This document shows, piece by piece, positions 26,826-32,000 of a DNA stretch of 32,000 nucleotides. Positions within the stretch are counted from its first letter, which is position 1. Each line of letters begins with the position of its first letter. Position numbers and translations under genes: made by a program. The DNA is from Fibrobacter succinogenes subsp. succinogenes S85 (GTDB lineage Bacteria; Fibrobacterota; Fibrobacteria; Fibrobacterales; Fibrobacteraceae), in the NCBI RefSeq assembly GCF_000146505.1, contig NC_017448.1, positions 2,160,001 through 2,192,000 of the forward strand. Direction: 5' to 3'. The notes beneath the pieces were generated by a model. That model ran no database searches, was not told where the DNA came from, and saw only the letters and a program-made list of their open reading frames with translations.

Positions 26826-28496
26826 ATGAAGAATAAACTGTTCAAAACCCTCGCAATTTTCGGACTCTCCTTTATTGCTTGGAACTGCTCCGACGACCCG
26901 GCCTCTGCGGCAAACAACGCTTCTGACCTCACGGCTGTGAATGCAAAGCCGGCTCTTGAAGTGGATCAAAGCTGCTGGATGATTACCACCGGCACACAGA
27001 TTTTCCTTATCGTGCCTAACGGAACAGGCACGTACCTCGTCACCAACGAAGCAAGCGTCCCTGTCGGCACTTTCGATGTCGCTACCGGCACTATCGTTGA
27101 CGCAAACGGCGCTGCCGTTCTCACGAACGTGAAGCTCGAAACGCTCCCGGTCGTGAACCCGGACAAGACCATTTCCTATACTGACGGCTCCAAGGCTACC
27201 ATTGACGGAAAGACGATTCTCCTTCCGGGTGGCATTGATCCGAACGCCGCCACAACGACTCCAAGTACTGTCGTAGTTGCAAGCAGCTCCTCGGCATATA
27301 TCCCGAGCACAACACTCCCGACAGTAAGCTCCAGCTCCGCCAAGACACAGACTCCGACCCCAGTCGCCTCTTCCTCTTCGCAGAAGACCCAGCAGCCTGT
27401 CGCAAGCTCCTCCTCGAAGCAGCAGACCAACTCCGGCACCTCCGACAAACAGTGCAATGGCCAGTGCTATGACAGTGCTTCGGGCAAGTGCGTCGCCTAT
27501 TACGATCAGCTGACCGGTTCCAAGGGCGAAAAGTACGCCTACGACAATGATTGCAAGGTAAACTGCTACTACGATCCTGAAAACAAGAATTGCCAGAACA
27601 TGACCGGCTCTACACCTTCTCAGCAGCCGAAGTCCAGCTCTAGCGTGAAGTCTTCTTCTTCACAGCAACAGCAGCAGGCAAAATCTTCTTCGTCTCAGCA
27701 GCAGCAACAGCCGAAGTCCTCCAGCAGCCAGCCGAAATCTTCGTCTAGCCAGCAGCAACAGCAGAACAACCCCAACGCTTCCGCCGAAGAAGCCAAGTAC
27801 CTCAATGCAGGCGCCGGTGGACAGCAGGGCTTTGCCACCCGTTACTGGGACTGCTGCATGCCTCACTGCTCCTGGCCGGAACACGGCGGCGCTGCCAAGA
27901 CTTGCGATGCCAAGGGCAAGACCCCGATCAGCAACACGAACGGCAGTATCTGCTCTGGTGGCCAGGGCACGACTTGCACAAGCCAGATTCCTATAATCGT
28001 GAGCGACAAACTCGCCTACGCATTCGCAGCAACTCCGGGTAACGACGCCACATGCGGCAAGTGCTTCGCCCTCACCTTCACCGGTACCGGCAAGTACGAA
28101 ACCAAGGCAAACCACCAGGCTCTCAAGGGCAAGACCCTCGTCGTGATGGCATCCAATATCGGTTACGACGTGCAAGGCGGCCAGTTCGACATCATGATTC
28201 CGGGTGGCGGATTCGGTGCATTTAACGGATGCAGCCAGATGGGCTGGAACATTCCGCAAAACACCACGACATACGGTGGCCTCCTCTCCGACTGCGAAAA
28301 GGAAGTCGGTTACAATGGCAACCTCCTCACCCTGCGTAAGGAATGCCTTACCAAGAAGTGCAACAGCGCATTTGCAAGCGACACCCAGGCCAAGGAAGGG
28401 TGCCTCTTCCTCGCCACATGGATGGAAGCAGCAGGCAACCCGAACCACACTTATAAAGAAGTTGAATGCCCGGCTGCTTTGAAGGCCAAATTCTAA
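26826..28496 (+). CDS. Multi-modular GH45 endoglucanase paralogue (signal/lipoprotein-like N-terminus, 1 unknown module, Ser linker, Cys/Tyr-rich mini-module, Ser/Gln linker, GH45 domain)
   Basis: 556 aa with ATRYWDCCMPHCSW, CGKCFALTFTGTG and GQFDIMIPGGGFGAFNGC. The N-terminus is MKNKLFKTLAIFGLSFIAWNC-SDD. Confidence 0.9.
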   Translation: MKNKLFKTLAIFGLSFIAWNCSDDPASAANNASDLTAVNAKPALEVDQSCWMITTGTQIFLIVPNGTGTYLVTNEASVPVGTFDVATGTIVDANGAAVLTNVKLETLPVVNPDKTISYTDGSKATIDGKTILLPGGIDPNAATTTPSTVVVASSSSAYIPSTTLPTVSSSSAKTQTPTPVASSSSQKTQQPVASSSSKQQTNSGTSDKQCNGQCYDSASGKCVAYYDQLTGSKGEKYAYDNDCKVNCYYDPENKNCQNMTGSTPSQQPKSSSSVKSSSSQQQQQAKSSSSQQQQQPKSSSSQPKSSSSQQQQQNNPNASAEEAKYLNAGAGGQQGFATRYWDCCMPHCSWPEHGGAAKTCDAKGKTPISNTNGSICSGGQGTTCTSQIPIIVSDKLAYAFAATPGNDATCGKCFALTFTGTGKYETKANHQALKGKTLVVMASNIGYDVQGGQFDIMIPGGGFGAFNGCSQMGWNIPQNTTTYGGLLSDCEKEVGYNGNLLTLRKECLTKKCNSAFASDTQAKEGCLFLATWMEAAGNPNHTYKEVECPAALKAKF

Positions 28497-28542
28497 TCAA
28501 AAACAGCCAGAAGCGCCATTAGCTATAGTTAAAACTTATAGA

Positions 28543-28568
28543 AGCACCCTGCCAAAGGGTGCTTTTTT
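28543..28568 (+). terminator. Rho-independent terminator after the second GH45 gene
   Basis: AGCACCCT-gccaa-AGGGTGCT followed by TTTTT. Confidence 0.85.
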
Positions 28569-28614
28569 GACTATGATTACATCGCTAAAATCCAAAAATT
28601 TCTCGAAATTATGG

Positions 28615-28626
28615 AAACAATTGTTT
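28615..28626. promoter_or_regulatory. Perfect 12-bp palindrome, candidate operator upstream of the XRE gene
   Basis: AAACAATTGTTT read directly, 36 bp upstream of the XRE ATG. Confidence 0.3.
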
Positions 28627-28661
28627 GCACGATATTTTGGGGTAATTCATAACATTGGAGA

Positions 28662-29003
28662 ATGCGATATGACATTGATGTCATCCGAAAAGCTGAAATA
28701 GAACTTTTAGCACAGATGCAAGGGGCTACTTCGATTACGAAGAAAAAACTCGCTCTCGATAGCGGGATTAGCCGTCAGCACCTCGGTCTCGTCGCAAAAG
28801 GCAAACGCAACCTCTCCGTCAAATCATTTTGTGACCTTGCCGATGCTTTCGGCTGTACAGCCACCGAACTGATGTCCAAGCTCGAAGCTTTAATGTTGGA
28901 GCAAATCCAGCTCCAGACGCCTGCCGCAGCCGACAAGGCTAAGGGCATAAACTATATCAATAAAGCTATTCTGGACAAAAACAATCCGAAAAAAAACGCC
29001 TAA
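28662..29003 (+). CDS. XRE-family (Cro/C1-type) helix-turn-helix transcriptional regulator
   Basis: 113 aa. ITKKKLALDSGISRQHLGLVAKGKRNLSVKSFCDLADAFGCTATEL matches the HTH_3 pattern. GGAG lies only 1 nt before the ATG, so the exact start is uncertain. Confidence 0.75.
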   Translation: MRYDIDVIRKAEIELLAQMQGATSITKKKLALDSGISRQHLGLVAKGKRNLSVKSFCDLADAFGCTATELMSKLEALMLEQIQLQTPAAADKAKGINYINKAILDKNNPKKNA

Positions 29004-29022
29004 GCCATAATTATAGGCATTT

Positions 29023-30075
29023 TTAAAATTGCTCAAGCAGCTGAATGCGCTCAGGTGTATCCGGGTGCGTGCAGAACATGATGTTCGCCTTCGCGACCCA
29101 GCCCTTCAACCCCATATTGTTATCAAATTCCTCGTCCGGATGGATCACGTAAAGCTGTGCGATATCGTCGCGCTTTACGCTCATAAGCCCCGGATCCTTG
29201 GAAATCTTTCGCAGCGCAGAAGCTAGCGCAAGCGGATCTCCACAAAGTTCGGCACCGCCGGCATCGGCAACGTATTCACGCTTGCGCGAAATCGCAAGTC
29301 GCGTAAGCCAGGTAAAAACATAACCGATAGAACTCCAGATAAACACAAGCAATAAAATCAGAAGGATATATATATCCGCACGGCCACTGTTACGGTTACG
29401 CCTGGAAGAACGTTGCGGAGAACGAACAATTGCACTCATCAGTTTCATCGAGACCATCTGAATTGTCGCAAAAATGCCCACGAACACAATGCACACCACC
29501 ATGAGACGCGTATCGCGATTCTTTATGTGGGTAAGTTCGTGGCCCACGACCGCCGAAAGCTCCCTATCGTCCAGCTTTTCGATAAGCCCCGTTGTAAGCG
29601 TAATCGTAAACGAAGGAATATCAATGCCGCTTGCAAAGGCGTTCATTCCCGAATCTTGAATGATGTTGATTTGCGGCATCTCGATGCCACCTGCAATGCA
29701 GAGATTTTCGACAATGTTATAAACGCGCAAGTTATCCTTGCGTTCAACAGGTTTAGCATGAGTAGCATGCCGTATGATGGCAGTGTTCGCGCAATAGGCG
29801 ATAATGAACCATACACCCACAATCATTAACGTATACGGAACCACCGCTTTAAAACAAAGCCAAATTTCGGACCAGTGCATAGCTCCATACCTCGTTTGCG
29901 AAGCATGGCTCGGCGGGCAGCCTCCCCCGACAAAATCGCAGAGAATTCCGAAAAAATCAAGCCCCAGAATAACCAGGAACACCATCCCCAGCAAAATCAC
30001 CGGGAACATGAAAAGCAGAATCACCGTATTGCGGTTATTCCGCCAAATCTGGGTTTGGAGACCGACGTAACGCAT
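29023..30075 (-). CDS. M48-family zinc metalloprotease (HtpX-like), membrane-bound
   Basis: 350 aa with an HELTHIKNRD (HExxH) motif, a downstream REYVADAGGAELCGDPLALASALRKI block (third zinc ligand region) and four hydrophobic helices. Confidence 0.85.
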   Translation of the reverse strand: MRYVGLQTQIWRNNRNTVILLFMFPVILLGMVFLVILGLDFFGILCDFVGGGCPPSHASQTRYGAMHWSEIWLCFKAVVPYTLMIVGVWFIIAYCANTAIIRHATHAKPVERKDNLRVYNIVENLCIAGGIEMPQINIIQDSGMNAFASGIDIPSFTITLTTGLIEKLDDRELSAVVGHELTHIKNRDTRLMVVCIVFVGIFATIQMVSMKLMSAIVRSPQRSSRRNRNSGRADIYILLILLLVFIWSSIGYVFTWLTRLAISRKREYVADAGGAELCGDPLALASALRKISKDPGLMSVKRDDIAQLYVIHPDEEFDNNMGLKGWVAKANIMFCTHPDTPERIQLLEQF

Positions 30076-30076
30076 A

Positions 30077-30111
30077 AGCAGTAGGAAGTTAGAAGTAGGA
30101 AGTAGACAGAA
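30077..30111. repeat. Heptamer array A (5 units) directly abutting the M48 start codon
   Basis: AGCAGTA GGAAGTT AGAAGTA GGAAGTA GACAGAA read directly. Confidence 0.75.
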
Positions 30112-30157
30112 AAAAATGCGCCGAAAGCGCTAGTTAAACGCGCGACACCAGTCGCGC
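30110..30157 (-). terminator. Twin-hairpin terminator-like element after lemA
   Basis: The minus strand has hairpin GCGCGAC-tggt-GTCGCGC (30140-30157), then GCGC-tttcg-GCGC (30118-30130), followed by T7 (plus-strand A-run 30110-30116). Confidence 0.4.
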
Positions 30158-30164
30158 CATTATA

Positions 30165-30192
30165 TTACTGCTTACGGCCTACTGTCTACTCA
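30165..30192. repeat. Heptamer array B (4 units), inverted relative to array A
   Basis: TTACTGC TTACGGC CTACTGT CTACTCA. The reverse complement reads TGAGTAG ACAGTAG GCCGTAA GCAGTAA. The array ends at the lemA stop codon. Confidence 0.7.
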
Positions 30193-30750
30193 TTAAAATT
30201 TCACCTCAGGAGCCTTTTCAAGCGTTGCCCTATTCTCGGTCGCCTCGTACATGGCAGCACGGGTAAAGTGGAACATGCCAGCAATGATGTTGCTCGGGAA
30301 GACTTCGCAAGCGTTGTTGTATTCGCGCGTCGAGGAGTTGAAGAAACGGCGTGCGGCGGCAAGCTTGTTTTCAATGTCCGCAAGTTCCGTCTGCAACTGC
30401 AAAAAGTTCTGGTTCGCCTTGAGTTCCGGATAAGCTTCCAGCGAAACGCGAAGCCCGGCGAGCGCACCGGACAAAGCCTTGTCAGCAGCGACCTTTTCAT
30501 CGATAGTCGTTGCACTCATAGCGGCAGCACGTGCGGCAGTCACCTTCTCAAGCACGTCCTTTTCGTGCGTGGCATAGCCCTTCACCGTCGAAACAAGCTG
30601 CGGCACAAGGTCATAACGCTGCTTGAGCTGCACATCAATATTCGCAAACGCATTCTCGCGATTGTTGCGGAGCTTCACAAGCCCGTTGTACATGGAAATG
30701 AACACGGCGATGACGATGAAAATGACTGCGACTACGATAACTACGGTCAT
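30193..30750 (-). CDS. lemA: LemA family protein
   Basis: The ORF track extends to 30834. I prefer the ATG at 30750 (MTVVIVVAVIFIVIAVFISMYNGLVKLRNNRENAFANIDVQLKQRYDLVP...), which is preceded by a strong SD (AAAGGAGA). It has a single N-terminal TM helix followed by the LemA core. Confidence 0.85.
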   Translation of the reverse strand: MTVVIVVAVIFIVIAVFISMYNGLVKLRNNRENAFANIDVQLKQRYDLVPQLVSTVKGYATHEKDVLEKVTAARAAAMSATTIDEKVAADKALSGALAGLRVSLEAYPELKANQNFLQLQTELADIENKLAAARRFFNSSTREYNNACEVFPSNIIAGMFHFTRAAMYEATENRATLEKAPEVKF

Positions 30751-30928
30751 ATAATCTCCTTTCTTCTTGTGGAAATAATATACATAAAAACAAGGAGAAA
30801 AAGAAAGCCCACGGAAGATATCCATGGGCTCCAAACGAGTACAACACCTCGCCTATGCACAAACGCATTTCGCAAGCGTCTTTCGCTTTCTTACGCATGA
30901 ACAGGAAGCACCCTCCAAAAGGAAAATA

Positions 30929-31018
30929 ATGTTAAGAGCGTTACTTTTTATTCTTGAGGTTATTACGCTAGCTGTCACCATCTACAAGAAGGCAACCACT
31001 AGAACCAATCACATTTAG
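30929..31018 (+). CDS. Candidate 29-aa small hydrophobic peptide
   Basis: MLRALLFILEVITLAVTIYKKATTRTNHI: one TM-like helix and a basic tail, with AAGGA 5 nt upstream of the ATG. It is the internal start of ORF-track ORF 30824..31018. I found no similarity to any family I recognise. Confidence 0.25.
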   Translation: MLRALLFILEVITLAVTIYKKATTRTNHI

Positions 31019-31098
31019 GCAATAATATGCTTATTGGATCACGCGCGTCAGGCTTCCTGCGCATGAACGGGGGCCATTTTTTTTTCAAAAAAAAGAAT

Positions 31099-31658
31099 AT
31101 GATTTTTTTTTGGCATTGCAAAACATCTTTCCCCAACAATTCCATCAGCCCTTTTCACAAGCCCTGTTGCAGAGGCTGTTAAATACAAGTTAACTAACAA
31201 ATTATTTCACGAAAGAACTGGAGATCCCAAATACGGCGATGTGATTTTCGTTAATCGCTATATTGCGCTGTACAGACATTTTGGAATCTATATAGGAAAA
31301 AAACAAGGTCATTCATTTCGCCGCACCCAATGGTGATATGGATGCTGAAAAAGCCTACATACACGAAACCACCCTCAGCCACTTTAGCGAAGGGTCTGAT
31401 ATACATATAATGACATTCAACGAAGAATATGAATCTGGAAGCGTATTGAGAAATTTCTTCAAAGGCGACGAATACGAGCTTCAATCTCCACGACAAACCG
31501 TCGCTCGTGCAAGATCAATGCTCGGTCGCAAAGGAATAGACAACGCTGGATACAATGTACTCTTCAATAACTGCGAAGATTTTGCAATATGGTGCAAAAC
31601 GAACGTTGCCGAAAGCAAGCAGGTCAACGAACTATTAAATCCGTTCTTCCCATTTTAA
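31099..31658 (+). pseudogene. LRAT / NlpC-P60 superfamily (H-box + NCE-box) gene, disrupted by frameshifts at homopolymer runs
   Basis: The upstream frame gives ...GDPKYGDVIFVNRYIALYRHFGIYIGKKQGHSFRRTQW*. The next frame gives (E)KNKVIHFAAPNGDMDAEKAY...GYNVLFNNCEDFAIWCKTN...* (ORF track 31338..31658). The junction is the A7 run 31297-31303. The only upstream ATGs (31063, 31099) are in a third frame, separated by the T9 run 31103-31111. Confidence 0.8.
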
Positions 31659-31708
31659 CCATTACGTACCTCCGCAAAATCACCACAGCATCACTACCAA
31701 CTCCATCT

Positions 31709-31734
31709 CTCCTCCCCCACGGAGGAGTTTTTTT
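31709..31734 (+). terminator. Rho-independent terminator after the LRAT-like gene
   Basis: CTCCTCC-cccac-GGAGGAG followed by T7. The T-run overlaps the stop codon of the convergent Zn-ribbon gene. Confidence 0.8.
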
Positions 31735-31984
31735 ATCTCAACAAATGGTATTCATCTACAAGCGATTGCAAGGCTGTGACTCCTTCTTCCATCTTGATGC
31801 TCTTGATAGCATCAAGCACGAAGTCCATGCCGTATTTGTCAATGTACGAAGCAACTAAAAATTTGAGGTCCTTTTGAACTTCCTCAATGGACGGTGCCAA
31901 AGCACTACTACATGCAGGGCAGTATTTCATGCTTTTTGCAAACGATTCTGAAACAGTGAATTCAGAATTGCATTTTTCACACAT
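31733..31984 (-). CDS. Small zinc-ribbon protein, unknown function
   Basis: It starts MCEKCNSEF...KYCPACSS (two CxxC pairs), followed by a helical-looking C-terminal region. The ORF track begins one codon earlier at a GTG (31987). I recognise no family. Confidence 0.55.
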   Translation of the reverse strand: MCEKCNSEFTVSESFAKSMKYCPACSSALAPSIEEVQKDLKFLVASYIDKYGMDFVLDAIKSIKMEEGVTALQSLVDEYHLLR

Positions 31985-32000
31985 CACTACAGTTCTTTTA

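Noticed and set aside
28662-30075. The XRE regulator plus metalloprotease considered as an ImmR/ImmA-like (phage or ICE-type) regulatory pair.
   Set aside because: The protease is a membrane M48/HtpX-type enzyme, not an ImmA/IrrE-type peptidase. The genes are convergent rather than co-oriented. No phage or ICE genes are nearby.
30077-30192. The inverted arrays plus hairpins considered as a MITE or other mobile element.
   Set aside because: I see no target-site duplication, no transposase and no second copy in the window. The element exactly fills a stop-to-start spacer. A mobile origin cannot be supported from this sequence alone.
30751-30834. An upstream extension of the lemA ORF (start at 30834).
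   Set aside because: The internal ATG at 30750 has a strong Shine-Dalgarno and starts exactly at the TM helix typical of LemA. The extension has no such support.
31251-31496. Minus-strand ORF 31251..31496 (81 aa) and plus-strand ORF 31589..31858.
   Set aside because: The first is antisense to the clearly homologous LRAT-like reading frames. The second runs out of frame across the LRAT 3' end, the terminator hairpin and the antisense of the Zn-ribbon gene.

Overview
This looks like a chromosomal segment from a Fibrobacter-like (Fibrobacterota/FCB-type) fibre-degrading bacterium. That assignment is inferred from gene content and was not verified.

Contents, left to right:
1. A minus-strand proteostasis cluster: tRNA-Leu, tig, clpP, clpX and lon. 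The lon 5' part runs off the left edge and I translated it by hand.
2. A small Wzx/Wzy-type polysaccharide locus: SAM methyltransferase, Wzx-like flippase, Wzy-like polymerase, Wzz-like co-polymerase and Wza-like exporter. It has no glycosyltransferases.
3. One ~14 kb minus-strand ribosomal super-operon running from tuf to rplQ, 29 genes. This includes rpmJ and rpmD, which are absent from the ORF track and were found by hand translation. rpsD, adk and map are missing, and there is no rpsL-rpsG-fusA upstream.
4. A 679 bp AT-rich non-coding divergent region.
5. Two tandem plus-strand multi-modular GH45 endoglucanase paralogues. Each has a signal/lipoprotein-like N-terminus, unrecognised N-terminal modules, Ser- or Ser/Gln-rich linkers and its own terminator.
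6. An accessory patch: XRE regulator, M48/HtpX-like protease, LemA, a candidate 29-aa membrane peptide, an LRAT/NlpC-P60 gene broken at homopolymer runs, and a Zn-ribbon protein.

I saw no rRNA, CRISPR array, transposase or integrase, and no recognisable known defence system.

Most interesting observations:
- The unrecognised repeat module and the Cys/Tyr-rich mini-module attached to the GH45 domains.
- Degenerate 7-nt-periodic repeat arrays in several intergenic regions.
- The doubly frameshifted LRAT-like gene next to a self-complementary T9/A8/T9 homopolymer cluster.
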